A stretch of 64,000 nucleotides of DNA from Oscillospiraceae bacterium (GTDB lineage Bacteria; Bacillota; Clostridia; Oscillospirales; Oscillospiraceae), in NCBI GenBank assembly GCA_021203885.1, contig JAJQAH010000101.1, forward strand, positions 20,667-84,666, given 5' to 3'. The translations under genes and the position numbers were made by a program. The notes under the pieces were generated by a model. It worked only from the letters and a program-made list of their open reading frames with translations, was not told the DNA's origin and ran no database searches. The first letter of the stretch is position 1, and each line of letters opens with the position of its first letter. Shown here one piece after another: positions 36,728-45,923 of the stretch.

Positions 36728-39313
36728 CTAGGTGAATTTCTTTTTCCAGTCGTAAAGCAGGTTCAGCGCTTCAATGGGCGACAGAGTCTCCACGCCCGTC
36801 TTCCGCAGCGCCTCGATAAGCTGCAGGGCCTGCGCATCCTCCTCCGGGATCTGTGAATTGCTCTCCGCAGGCCGAGCGGGGACCCATCCCTGATCGGACA
36901 GTTCCTGCAAAATATCTCTGGCTCTGTCTATGACCTGCTCCGGGACGCCGGCCAGCTGGGCCACCTCGATCCCGTAGCTTGCCTGTGCCCCGCCCGGAAC
37001 GATCTTCCGAAGGAAAACAATATCGTTGCCTCTTTTTTTCGCGGCGATATTATAGTTTTTTACGCCGGGGATCTGCCCTTCCAGTACGGTAAGTTCATGG
37101 TAATGGGTGGCAAACAGGGTTTTACATCCCAATTTCTCCCGGTCGGCGCAGTATTCCAGCACGGCTCTGGCGATCGCCATGCCGTCGTAAGTGGATGTCC
37201 CCCGGCCGATCTCATCCAGGATCAGCAGACTTCTGGGGGTGGCGTGCGTAAGCAGCTGGGCCACCTCGTTCATCTCCACCATGAATGTGGACTCACCTGC
37301 AGACAGGTTGTCCGAGGCGCCGATCCTTGTAAATACCCGGTCGACTATCCCGATATGGGCGCTCTTCGCCGGGACGAACGAGCCCATCTGCGCCATAAGA
37401 ACGATCAGCGCCACCTGGCGCATATAGGTGGATTTGCCCGCCATATTGGGGCCGGTGATGATCGCCAGCAGATTATCCTCCCAGTCCATGACGGTATCGT
37501 TGGGCACAAACAGGGAGTCCGTAAGCATCTTCTCGACCACCGGATGCCGGCCGTCCCTGATCTCCAGCTGGCCCGACATATCCACCTGTGGGCGGCAGTA
37601 CCGGTTTTCGCAGGCCACTGCCGCAAAGGACAGCAGCACATCGATCTGGCCCACCGCACCGGCCGTGCGCTGTATCCGGTCCGCCTGCTGGGCAACCATT
37701 TCCTGCAGCTGGCTGAAAAGCTGATATTCCAGCGCTTTCAGTCTGTCCTCCGCGGAGAGGATATCCTGTTCCAGATCCTTCAGTTCCTGTGTGATGAAAC
37801 GCTCGCAGTTGACCAGAGTCTGCTTCCGTATGTAGTCCTCAGGTACCAGGTCGTAGTTGGCTTTCGACACCTCGATATAATAACCGAACACCTTGTTAAA
37901 ACCCACTTTGAGGTTTTTGATCCCGGTCCTCTCCCGTTCTCTGGCCTCCACGGCCGCGACCATGTCTTTTCCGCTGGTCTGAATATGGCGCAGGCGGTCG
38001 GCCTCCTCGTTCCAGCCCTCCCGGATCATTCCGCCGTCCCGGACCCCCATGGGGGGATCATCCACGAGCGCGGCATTCAGGGTGGCACACAGATCCGGCA
38101 GATCGTCCAGCTGGTCCCGGAGTTCGGACAGCATGGAACTGGCTGCGCCGTCCAGGTTTTTCCGCACTTCCGGCAGTGCCTCCAGCCCCCTGGCGAGCGC
38201 CACCAGATCCCGGGCCCCGGCGCTGCCGTAAACGATCCGGCCGATCAGCCGTTCCAGGTCCGTGACTTCCCGCAGGCACAGGATCAGTTCCTCCCGGATG
38301 ATGGAATTGTTGACCATCTCCTCCACAGCGTCCAGCCGCTGGTTGATGATCTCCGGAGACAGCAGAGGCCTCTCCAGCCAGGTCCGGATCAGCCTGTGTC
38401 CCATAGCGGTCCCTGTTTTATCCAGTACCCACAGCAGGCTTCCCTTCTTTTCCTGGGAGCGCAGAGTCTGTGTCAGTTCCAGATTGCTCCTGGCCACGGG
38501 ATCCAGTTCCATATACTGTTCCGTGACATTAAATGTCACCTTGGAAATATAGGACAGGTCGGTCTTCTGTGTGTCATACAGATAGGAAAGCAGGGCTCCG
38601 GCAGCCTGTACTGCCGGCCCGGGGGCATCCTGATCCCGGTCCGGGAACTGCCTGTCCACCATGGCGGTCGCGGATTCCGGACTGAACCGGGTCTCATCCC
38701 CCTGCTCACAGCGGCAGGCAAGATGATCCCGCAGGTATGTCAGAAGCTCGCTGTTCTCAGCGGTCCCTTCGGACAGGACGGCCTCGCTGGGAGAAAAGCG
38801 GCTCAGTTCGTTGATCAGATGCCCGGTCATCCCCTGTCCCTCAAAGGCAGCGGCAAAACATTCCCCTGTGGAAATATCGCAGAAGCTCACCCCGGCCTGC
38901 TGCCCGTTTTGATAAATGGCACAGATATAGTTGTTGCGGCCTTCGTCCAGCATGGAGGCGTCTATGACCGTGCCGGGCGTGACGATGTGCGTGATCTCCC
39001 GGTCCACCAGTCCCTTGGCCAGTGCCGGATCCTCCATCTGCTCGCAGATGCCGACTTTATATCCTTTCGAGATCAGCTTTGAAAGGTATGTCTGAATCGC
39101 ATGATACGGAACACCGCACATGGGAACCCGTTCATCTTCCGGTTTTTTCCGGTCTCTCGATGTCAGGGTCAGATCCAGTTCCCTGGCTCCGATCTTCGCA
39201 TCCTCTTCAAACATCTCGTAGAAGTCACCCAGACGGAAAAAGAGAAGGCAGTCCGGATTTTCCTGCTTGATGCGATGATATTGTTCCATCAGGGGTGTTA
39301 CTGTTTCTGCCAC
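36728..39313 (-). CDS. mutS: DNA mismatch repair protein MutS
   Basis: TPLMEQYHRIK N-terminus and GPNMAGKST Walker A. Start placed at GTG 39313, preceded by AGGAG 8 nt upstream and 14 nt after the miaB stop. The ORF-track ATG 39364 would overlap miaB by 37 nt. Confidence 0.93.
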   Translation of the reverse strand: MAETVTPLMEQYHRIKQENPDCLLFFRLGDFYEMFEEDAKIGARELDLTLTSRDRKKPEDERVPMCGVPYHAIQTYLSKLISKGYKVGICEQMEDPALAKGLVDREITHIVTPGTVIDASMLDEGRNNYICAIYQNGQQAGVSFCDISTGECFAAAFEGQGMTGHLINELSRFSPSEAVLSEGTAENSELLTYLRDHLACRCEQGDETRFSPESATAMVDRQFPDRDQDAPGPAVQAAGALLSYLYDTQKTDLSYISKVTFNVTEQYMELDPVARSNLELTQTLRSQEKKGSLLWVLDKTGTAMGHRLIRTWLERPLLSPEIINQRLDAVEEMVNNSIIREELILCLREVTDLERLIGRIVYGSAGARDLVALARGLEALPEVRKNLDGAASSMLSELRDQLDDLPDLCATLNAALVDDPPMGVRDGGMIREGWNEEADRLRHIQTSGKDMVAAVEARERERTGIKNLKVGFNKVFGYYIEVSKANYDLVPEDYIRKQTLVNCERFITQELKDLEQDILSAEDRLKALEYQLFSQLQEMVAQQADRIQRTAGAVGQIDVLLSFAAVACENRYCRPQVDMSGQLEIRDGRHPVVEKMLTDSLFVPNDTVMDWEDNLLAIITGPNMAGKSTYMRQVALIVLMAQMGSFVPAKSAHIGIVDRVFTRIGASDNLSAGESTFMVEMNEVAQLLTHATPRSLLILDEIGRGTSTYDGMAIARAVLEYCADREKLGCKTLFATHYHELTVLEGQIPGVKNYNIAAKKRGNDIVFLRKIVPGGAQASYGIEVAQLAGVPEQVIDRARDILQELSDQGWVPARPAESNSQIPEEDAQALQLIEALRKTGVETLSPIEALNLLYDWKKKFT

Positions 39314-39327
39314 AGGATCTTCTCCTT

Positions 39328-40758
39328 TCACGGACGCGGGGCCGGCTCGCCGAAAAGGGCCCATGTAGTGGCGCCGGTGATCCTCAGGGGGACCGTCTGT
39401 CCGATCATATCTTTATCCCCGTTCAGGTGCACCAGGCGGTTGCCGGGAGTCCGGGCTGTCAGATTGTTCCTCGGGTCCTGTCCTTCTCCGTCGACAAGGC
39501 AGTCCAGTGTTTTCCCGACATAGTCGAGATGTTTCTTCTTAGAGATCTCGTTCTGCACCTGCAGGAGCCGTTGAAAATTTTCTTTCTTTTCTTCCATGGG
39601 AACGGGATCCTCCATCGACGCGGCCGGCGTTCCCTGCCGGGGGGAGTATATAAACGTAAAAAGTGCGTCGAATTCCACCCGGCGGATCAGCTCCAGCGTG
39701 TCCTCGAACTCGGCCGTCGTCTCTCCGGGAAATCCGACGATCACATCGGACGTCAGTGCGACATCGGGTATCCTCTCCCTCAGCGCCCGGATCTTGTCCA
39801 GGTACTCTTCACTTGTATATCCCCGGTTCATCATCTTCAGGACACGGTCATTGCCCGCCTGAAAGGGAAGATGAATAGCGGGCGCTACTTTCCGGCAGTC
39901 CGCCATGACATCGAACATATGTTCGGTCGCGTCCTTGGGATGAGACGTCATGAATCGGATCAGAAAATCTCCCTCCACGGCATTGATCTGCTCCAGCAGC
40001 CATGGAAAGTCCACGTCCTGAGACAGATCCCGCCCATAGGAATTCACATTCTGGCCCAGAAGCGTGATCTCCCGGCACCCCTGCTCTGCCAGGGCCTCTA
40101 TCTCCCGCAGGATGTCTTCCGGCCGGCGGGACCGCTCCCGTCCACGGACATAGGGGACGATACAATAGGAACAGAAATTATTGCATCCGTACATGATGGA
40201 TACCCAGGCTTTGACGGAGCTCTGCCTGACCTGCGGGATCCCTTCGCAGATACTGCCGGGTTCGTCCTCGATATCAACCACCCGCAGCCTGCGCTCCAGA
40301 ACGCGCCAAAGCAGCTCGGGAAAACGCCAGAGGGCATGGGGGCCGAACACGAGGTCCACATGCCGGTAGGTCTTTCGGATCCGTTCGGCCACCTGCGGCT
40401 GCTGCATCATACAGCCGCAAAGACAGATGATCTGGCCGGGATGACGCCGCTTGACATGGACCAGCGCTCCCACATTGCCGAAAACCCGGTCTTCCGCGTG
40501 CTCCCGCACCGCGCAGGTATTTAACAGGATCAGATCGGCCTGCTCCTCCTGCCGGGTGAACGCGTATCCCATCTCCCTCAGCCAGCCTCTCAGGCGTTCC
40601 GAATCCGCCTCGTTCTGCTGACAGCCGTATGTGTCCACAAAAGCCAGCATCTGTCTGCCGTTATTGTTCCGGCTGTTTAATTGCGCGATCTGGCGGCAGA
40701 ACCCGCTCTGCCGCTGCCGCTCCTCATCGGAAATAACCGTCGTTTTTTTCTCTGCCAA
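39328..40758 (-). CDS. miaB: tRNA (N6-isopentenyl adenosine(37)-C2)-methylthiotransferase MiaB
   Basis: TYGCQQNEADSE, radical-SAM CNNFCSYC and a TRAM domain. Start placed at TTG 40758 after AAGGAAGG. The ORF-track ATG 40911 would run through this gene's own predicted promoter and the divergent tRNA promoter. Confidence 0.88.
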   Translation of the reverse strand: MAEKKTTVISDEERQRQSGFCRQIAQLNSRNNNGRQMLAFVDTYGCQQNEADSERLRGWLREMGYAFTRQEEQADLILLNTCAVREHAEDRVFGNVGALVHVKRRHPGQIICLCGCMMQQPQVAERIRKTYRHVDLVFGPHALWRFPELLWRVLERRLRVVDIEDEPGSICEGIPQVRQSSVKAWVSIMYGCNNFCSYCIVPYVRGRERSRRPEDILREIEALAEQGCREITLLGQNVNSYGRDLSQDVDFPWLLEQINAVEGDFLIRFMTSHPKDATEHMFDVMADCRKVAPAIHLPFQAGNDRVLKMMNRGYTSEEYLDKIRALRERIPDVALTSDVIVGFPGETTAEFEDTLELIRRVEFDALFTFIYSPRQGTPAASMEDPVPMEEKKENFQRLLQVQNEISKKKHLDYVGKTLDCLVDGEGQDPRNNLTARTPGNRLVHLNGDKDMIGQTVPLRITGATTWALFGEPAPRP

Positions 40759-40801
40759 TTTCCCGTTCCTTCCTTGCAAGTCAGGATCATTCCCGCATTT
40801 C

Positions 40802-40830
40802 ATTTTAGCATACGTCCCTTTGAAAAACAA
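40802..40830 (-). promoter_or_regulatory. candidate sigma-A promoter of miaB-mutS-mutL
   Basis: Minus strand: TTGTTT, 17 nt, TAAAAT with an upstream TG. Confidence 0.5.
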
Positions 40831-40871
40831 GCGTCGCCCCGGGATGGGCAGATTCTGGAATTTCGAAAAGT

Positions 40872-40900
40872 TTGCATTCCCCGGGCAGTCGTGATATAAT
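40872..40900 (+). promoter_or_regulatory. candidate sigma-A promoter of tRNA-Gly
   Basis: TTGCAT, 17 nt, TATAAT, ending 17 nt before the mature tRNA 5' end. Confidence 0.6.
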
Positions 40901-40917
40901 TTTTTTACCAAGATCCG

Positions 40918-40991
40918 TGCAGGTGTGATTCAATGGCAGAATGTCAGCTTCCCAAGCTGAACACGAGGGTTCGATTCCCTTCACCTGCTCC
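40918..40991 (+). tRNA. tRNA-Gly (anticodon CCC)
   Basis: Hand-folded 74-nt cloverleaf. Acceptor GCAGGTG/CACCTGC, D stem ATTC/GAAT, anticodon stem TCAGC/GCTGA with loop TTCCCAA, T arm GAGGG-TTCGATT-CCCTT, discriminator U, encoded CCA. Confidence 0.93.
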
Positions 40992-41097
40992 AGAAAGAAC
41001 TTTCGAAAAGCTCTGTTTTTCAGGGCTTTTCGTTTCTTCTCCCTTGATTCTCCGCTGCCCTGCAGTTTTGATAACCGTACTGCCCGGTTCTGCTCAT

Positions 41098-41126
41098 TTG
41101 ACTTTTTGGCTGCTTGTAACTATAAT
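41098..41126 (+). promoter_or_regulatory. near-consensus sigma-A promoter
   Basis: TTGACT, 17 nt, TATAAT, 65 nt upstream of the 41192 ORF. Confidence 0.6.
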
Positions 41127-41191
41127 ATTGTCCCAAGACAGATGATTCCCGTATCATCCGGCAATCACCCTACCTGGAAGGAGGCTTTTTT

Positions 41192-41605
41192 ATGAAACTT
41201 GAATTGACTGAGAAACAGTACCGCCGTCTGCTGGATATGGCCTATATTGGTAACTGGATCCTAAATTCCACCCGCGGAGAAGACAGGTTTCAGGATTACG
41301 ATGATGTGGAAAGCCTTCTCTTCGGGAAAGCCGCCGAGGCCGGGATGGATGATCTGAGCGAAATGCAGGGAAAAACCGCGGTCCCTTCCCAGGCATTCGT
41401 CGAGGGCGGAATCCACGAGGCGATCGTGGACTATGAAAACTGCATCTTTTTTGATGTTCTGGCGGAAGATCTGGCCCGCCGGGACATGGAGGAGGAGCAG
41501 ATAGACGCCGATGATCAGCAGGAACTTCTCCGCCGCATCGATGCATACCTGGAGGAATTCGAGCTGCACGGTACGGACCACGTTCTGGTCATTTCGGAGG
41601 ACTGA
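41192..41605 (+). CDS. hypothetical acidic protein
   Basis: 137 aa. GGAGG RBS. No family recognised. Confidence 0.5.
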   Translation: MKLELTEKQYRRLLDMAYIGNWILNSTRGEDRFQDYDDVESLLFGKAAEAGMDDLSEMQGKTAVPSQAFVEGGIHEAIVDYENCIFFDVLAEDLARRDMEEEQIDADDQQELLRRIDAYLEEFELHGTDHVLVISED

Positions 41606-41608
41606 CCT

Positions 41609-42094
41609 TTGGCAAAGCGGGAAAGCTCCGCCCCGCGTCGTGTCCTGCTTGTTCTGAACTGTCTTCTGATCGCGCTTCTTCTGGTTTTCATCTGGGGAAA
41701 CTCTTTTCTTAACAAAGACCTTTCCAGTCAGGTCAGCGGCCGGGTATGGACGCTGGTAAAGCCGACACTCGAGGTGTTTGTGGGCAGCGGAAATGTCACC
41801 GAATACCTGGTCCGAAAACTGGCACACTTTACGGAGTTCTTTCTGCTGGGCTTTCTGACGGTCAGTCTCTGTGCTCTTTCCAACCGGGCCCGTTTCGGGC
41901 ATTTGCTCGCCGCCTCTTTTTTCGGTCTGTCCTGTGCCGCCATCGATGAGGGAATCCAGATGTTCTCCGACCGCTCCAATCAGTGGTCGGACGTGGCCCT
42001 GGATTTCTGCGGCTGCGTGGCAGGGGCAGTCATTTCATGGCTGATCTGCCGATTTCTTTTGTGGGCTTTCGGGGCCTCGAAAAAAGCCGCATAA
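41609..42094 (+). CDS. VanZ-family membrane protein
   Basis: 161 aa, TTG start. KLAHFTEFFLLGFL and DEGIQMFS...WSDVALD motifs. Confidence 0.75.
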   Translation: MAKRESSAPRRVLLVLNCLLIALLLVFIWGNSFLNKDLSSQVSGRVWTLVKPTLEVFVGSGNVTEYLVRKLAHFTEFFLLGFLTVSLCALSNRARFGHLLAASFFGLSCAAIDEGIQMFSDRSNQWSDVALDFCGCVAGAVISWLICRFLLWAFGASKKAA

Positions 42095-42157
42095 ACTTTC
42101 GTGTTTCCCGCGTTCCCCGGCAGTTGCCGGATGTGAAGCGGGTCAAAGGAGATTTGT

Positions 42158-42550
42158 ATGGAAATTCAAGTTGGTGTCTCGGGACGGGCCGATAGCATCG
42201 TAACGCCGGAAAATACCGCGTCCGCGGTCGGCTCCGGTCTGGTCCCGGTGTTTGCGACGCCCATGATGATCGCACTGATGGAGAAGGCCGCTGCCTCCTC
42301 TCTGGCTCCTTTCTTGGAGGAAGGCCAGGGGTCCGTGGGGACCCATATAGATGTTTCCCATGAGTCCGCCACTCCGATCGGCATGAAGGTCTGGGCCGAG
42401 AGCCAGGTGATCGCGGTGGACGGCAGGCAGGTCACTTTTTCCGTGGCTGCCTATGATGAAGCAGGGCTGATCGGCCAGGGCGTTCACAAGCGCGTCTGTA
42501 TCACGACGGATCGTTTTTTGTCAAAGGCGGAAGGAAAAAAAGAAAAATGA
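42158..42550 (+). CDS. hotdog-fold thioesterase (FlK-like family)
   Basis: 130 aa. ...SGLVPVFATPMMIALMEKAA...GTHIDVSHESATPIG... pattern typical of this family. Confidence 0.72.
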   Translation: MEIQVGVSGRADSIVTPENTASAVGSGLVPVFATPMMIALMEKAAASSLAPFLEEGQGSVGTHIDVSHESATPIGMKVWAESQVIAVDGRQVTFSVAAYDEAGLIGQGVHKRVCITTDRFLSKAEGKKEK

Positions 42551-42558
42551 ACAAACTT

Positions 42559-42594
42559 ACCGGTGCAGGATATGATTCCCGCACCGGTTTTTTG
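42559..42594 (+). terminator. intrinsic terminator
   Basis: ACCGGTGCAGGA-loop-TCCCGCACCGGT followed by TTTTTT. Confidence 0.85.
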
Positions 42595-42668
42595 TACGGA
42601 ATGATCTTGCATTCATCGCTTGTCCTCGGCTGGGAAATTCCGAAAAAGTACGGTCAAATCAGGCGGCA

Positions 42669-42697
42669 TTGTATATTTAGAGGCTTTATGTTAGAAT
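42669..42697 (+). promoter_or_regulatory. sigma-A-type promoter P3 (Moco operon), third member of the GGCATTGTATATT promoter family
   Basis: TTGTAT, 17 nt, TAGAAT with an upstream TG. Confidence 0.6.
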
Positions 42698-42776
42698 GAA
42701 CACGGATCTTCCTGCCTTCATGGAGGATTGGGAAAGCACCTTTTGCCTGCGAAATACAAATTAAGGATACTGAATT

Positions 42777-43991
42777 ATGTTTGAACGACCTGATTATATA
42801 ACCGCCCGTGATGCTCTTTTGTCCGCTGCATCTGCTCTTCCGGCAGAACAGGTGCCTCTGGCGGACTGCGGCGGGCGGGTGCTGGCGGAGGACCTGGTCG
42901 CCGCCGAAGATGTCCCCGCCTTTGACCGCAGCCCATATGACGGGTACGCGCTTCGCAGCCGGGACACGGAAGGGGCTTCCAGAGAAGCCCCTGTACAACT
43001 GCAGGTGCTGGAAAACATACCGGCCGGGTCCGTACCCTCCCGGTCCTGTACACCCGGCACGGCCACCCGCATCATGACCGGCGCGCCCATTCCTGAGGGA
43101 GCTGACGCGGTGATCATGTACGAACGCACGGAGTTTACGGATCAGTGGGTCCGGGTATTTGATCCCGTGTCCGCTGATGAAAACATCATCCGCGCCGGGG
43201 AGGATACCCGTAAAGGGCAGGTGCTGGCCAGAGCCGGAACCGTCATCGACACCGGCACTTTAGGCTCTCTTGCGGCGCAGGGAATTGAAAATCCCGTCGT
43301 CTTCCGCCGGCCGGTGGTAGGTATCTTATCCACCGGATCGGAACTTCTGGAGGCGGGCCAGGAGCCACAGCCCGGTAAAATATATAACTCCAACCGGTAC
43401 ACGCTGTCCAGCGCCGTTGTCTCCATCGGCTGTCAGCCGGTATATCTGGGGACGGTTTCCGATACGACGGAAGGTATCCGGACACTTCTGGAAAAGGGCC
43501 TGGAGCAGTGTGACGCCATAGTCAGTACGGGCGGTGTTTCCGCCGGTGATTTTGACGTAGTGCCCGACGCCATGGAGCAGACCGGAGCCGAGATACTGAT
43601 CCGGGGCGTCCGCCTCAAGCCGGGAATGGCCTGCGCCTATGCGGTAAGAGATGGAAAGCTTCTTTGCGGCCTGTCCGGCAACCCCGCCTCTTCTCTGACG
43701 AATTTTTATGTGATCGCCGCCCCTGCTCTGCGCAGGCTGGCCGGGCAGTCCCAGGCCGTGCCGGCGGAGATCACCGTTACGCTTGCCGATCCGTTCCCGA
43801 AAAAAAGCAAGGGCGGGCGTGTTCTCAGGGGACGGCTGGATCTGTCCTCGGGCCGGGCCGAGATGCACATCTCCAAAGACCAGGGAAATGTCGTACTCAG
43901 CAGCACCATCGGGTGCGATGTCATGGCTTTTGTCCCGGAGGGGAGCGGTCCCCTGGATGCGGGAACGCAGCTGAAAGGATTTTTGTTGTAA
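42777..43991 (+). CDS. moeA: molybdopterin molybdotransferase MoeA
   Basis: 404 aa. SPYDGYALR, TGAPIPEGADAV and STGGVSAGDFD motifs. Confidence 0.9.
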   Translation: MFERPDYITARDALLSAASALPAEQVPLADCGGRVLAEDLVAAEDVPAFDRSPYDGYALRSRDTEGASREAPVQLQVLENIPAGSVPSRSCTPGTATRIMTGAPIPEGADAVIMYERTEFTDQWVRVFDPVSADENIIRAGEDTRKGQVLARAGTVIDTGTLGSLAAQGIENPVVFRRPVVGILSTGSELLEAGQEPQPGKIYNSNRYTLSSAVVSIGCQPVYLGTVSDTTEGIRTLLEKGLEQCDAIVSTGGVSAGDFDVVPDAMEQTGAEILIRGVRLKPGMACAYAVRDGKLLCGLSGNPASSLTNFYVIAAPALRRLAGQSQAVPAEITVTLADPFPKKSKGGRVLRGRLDLSSGRAEMHISKDQGNVVLSSTIGCDVMAFVPEGSGPLDAGTQLKGFLL

Positions 43992-44008
43992 TTTTTTGGG
44001 AGGATACT

Positions 44009-44959
44009 ATGGAAGATCGTTACGGCCGGGCCATTACCTATCTGCGTCTGTCGGTCACCGAACTGTGCAATCTCCGCTGCCGCTACTGCATGCCGGAAGA
44101 AGGCCTTTGCAAAAAGCGGCACGAGGAAATGCTGACGGAAGAGGAAATGATCCAGGCTGTTCGGGCGGCTGCCGAGCTGGGTGTAACCAAACTGCGGATC
44201 ACCGGCGGCGAGCCCCTTGTTAAAAAGAATATCCTTTCCATCTGTGAAAAGGCGGGACAGGTGCCGGGGATCCGGGAACTCTGCCTGACCACGAACGGTA
44301 CGCTGCTTCCCGGTCTGGCGCAGCCTCTGCGGCAGGCCGGAGTCAGCCGGGTCAATATCAGTCTGGATACTCTGGATGAGGAGAAATACCGCTATATTAC
44401 CCGCATCGGCAATCTGGATCAGGCCATCGCCGGGATCGAATCCGCCCTGGAGAACTTTGATAAGGTCAAGATCAACGCCGTCCTCATCGGCGGCTTCAAT
44501 GATGATGAAATCCGGGATCTGGCCGAGCTGACTCTTCGGTACCCCGTGGATTTTCGTTTTATCGAGCTGATGCCCATGCACGAAAGCGAGGAGTTCGGCC
44601 CGAAAGCGTATGTTCCCGGTCAGGAGGTACTTGCGCGGCTTCCCGAGCTGTCTCCCGTGTCGTCGGACGGCGGGGTCGCTTCCCTGTACCGTCTGCCCGG
44701 CGGTCTGGGTAACATCGGTCTGATCAGCGCCGTCAGCAACCATTTTTGTGCCGACTGCAACCGCATTCGTCTGACCGCGGACGGAAAACTGAAGCCCTGC
44801 CTCCACTCCTCTCAGGAGATCCCGATCAAGGGACTGGACTACCAGGGTATGCTGGCCGCCATGGAGCAGGCGATCCTGTCCAAACCGGCAGCCCATCCCC
44901 GTCTCTCCGCCAGTGAGATCAGCGAATCGGGCCGTGACATGAATCAAATCGGAGGTTAA
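44009..44959 (+). CDS. moaA: GTP 3',8-cyclase MoaA (radical SAM)
   Basis: MEDRYGRAITYLRLSVTELCNLRCRYCMP. ATG 44009 follows GGGAGG. The longer ORF-track start at 43664 lies inside moeA. Confidence 0.93.
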   Translation: MEDRYGRAITYLRLSVTELCNLRCRYCMPEEGLCKKRHEEMLTEEEMIQAVRAAAELGVTKLRITGGEPLVKKNILSICEKAGQVPGIRELCLTTNGTLLPGLAQPLRQAGVSRVNISLDTLDEEKYRYITRIGNLDQAIAGIESALENFDKVKINAVLIGGFNDDEIRDLAELTLRYPVDFRFIELMPMHESEEFGPKAYVPGQEVLARLPELSPVSSDGGVASLYRLPGGLGNIGLISAVSNHFCADCNRIRLTADGKLKPCLHSSQEIPIKGLDYQGMLAAMEQAILSKPAAHPRLSASEISESGRDMNQIGG

Positions 44960-44960
44960 G

Positions 44961-45923
44961 ATGGCTCAAATTCCAGTTTTCGCCTTTGCCGCTTACTCCG
45001 GCACCGGCAAGACCACTCTGATCGAAGGCGTCGTCAGAGTGTTGAAAAGCAAGGGCCTGCGCGTCGCGGTCGTCAAACATGACGCCCATCAGTTCGAGAT
45101 AGACCATGAGGGAAAGGATTCGTGGCGATTCTCCCGTGCCGGGGCCGATGTCACCGTCATCAGTTCCCCCGAAAAGACCGCCACTGTCGAGCAGCGCGGC
45201 CTGACTCTTCAGCAGGTGCTGGAACCGATACATGATGTGGACCTGATCCTGGTCGAGGGATATAAAAACGAGGACCTGCCTCAGATCGGCATTGCGAGGC
45301 AGGCCACGGGGAAGGGCTTCACTTCCTCTCTGGACCGCTATATTGCCGTCGTAACGGACATGGACGATGTAAACACGTCCCTGCCCCGTTTTGACTTAGA
45401 TGATTTTCAGGGGGTTGCGGATTTTATGATCAAAAACATGGAAGATTTTACACATTTTAATGACCAGGGCAGAGCTAAAATGGTGGATGTCGGGGAGAAG
45501 TCCCCGTCCCGCCGTACCGCCGTGGCCGCCGGCCGGGTCCTGGTCAGCCCGGAGACCTTCGCTCTGATCAAGAGCGGCGGCATGAAAAAGGGAGATGTGC
45601 TGACGGTGGCTCAGGTGGGCGGTATCATGGGTGCAAAACACACGCCGGATCTGATCCCCATGTGCCATCCGGTCATCGTGGACGGGATCGACCTGTCCCT
45701 GCATCTCGATGAGGAGCGGTGCTCGGTGGAGATTGAGGCCACCGTTTCCTGCGACGGACGCACCGGAGTGGAAATGGAAGCGCTGACTGCCGTATCCACC
45801 GCCGCTCTGACGGTTTATGACATGTGCAAGGCCGTACAGAAAGATATGGTCATCAGTGATATCCGTCTGATGAAAAAATCCGGCGGTGTTCACGGAGATT
45901 TTGCCAGACAGGAGGATGATTGA
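44961..45923 (+). CDS. bifunctional fusion: MobB (molybdopterin-guanine dinucleotide biosynthesis adapter) N-terminal half plus MoaC (cyclic pyranopterin monophosphate synthase) C-terminal half
   Basis: 320 aa. N-terminal half has SGTGKTTL P-loop, VKHDAHQFEID and GKDSWRF. C-terminal half has MVDVGEK..T.R.A.A, GDVL..A...GIMGAK.T..LIPMCHP. Confidence 0.85.
   Translation: MAQIPVFAFAAYSGTGKTTLIEGVVRVLKSKGLRVAVVKHDAHQFEIDHEGKDSWRFSRAGADVTVISSPEKTATVEQRGLTLQQVLEPIHDVDLILVEGYKNEDLPQIGIARQATGKGFTSSLDRYIAVVTDMDDVNTSLPRFDLDDFQGVADFMIKNMEDFTHFNDQGRAKMVDVGEKSPSRRTAVAAGRVLVSPETFALIKSGGMKKGDVLTVAQVGGIMGAKHTPDLIPMCHPVIVDGIDLSLHLDEERCSVEIEATVSCDGRTGVEMEALTAVSTAALTVYDMCKAVQKDMVISDIRLMKKSGGVHGDFARQEDD

Noticed and set aside
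40759-40911. N-terminal 51 codons of the ORF-track miaB (start 40911).
   Set aside because: The region contains two good promoters, one on each strand, and ends 7 nt from the tRNA gene. A TTG with a proper RBS at 40758 gives a normal MiaB.
42595-42776. Moco riboswitch upstream of moeA/moaA.
   Set aside because: The leader from the predicted -10 to the ATG is only about 80 nt, and I could not trace the conserved Moco-motif helices. This still deserves an Infernal scan (listed in findings).
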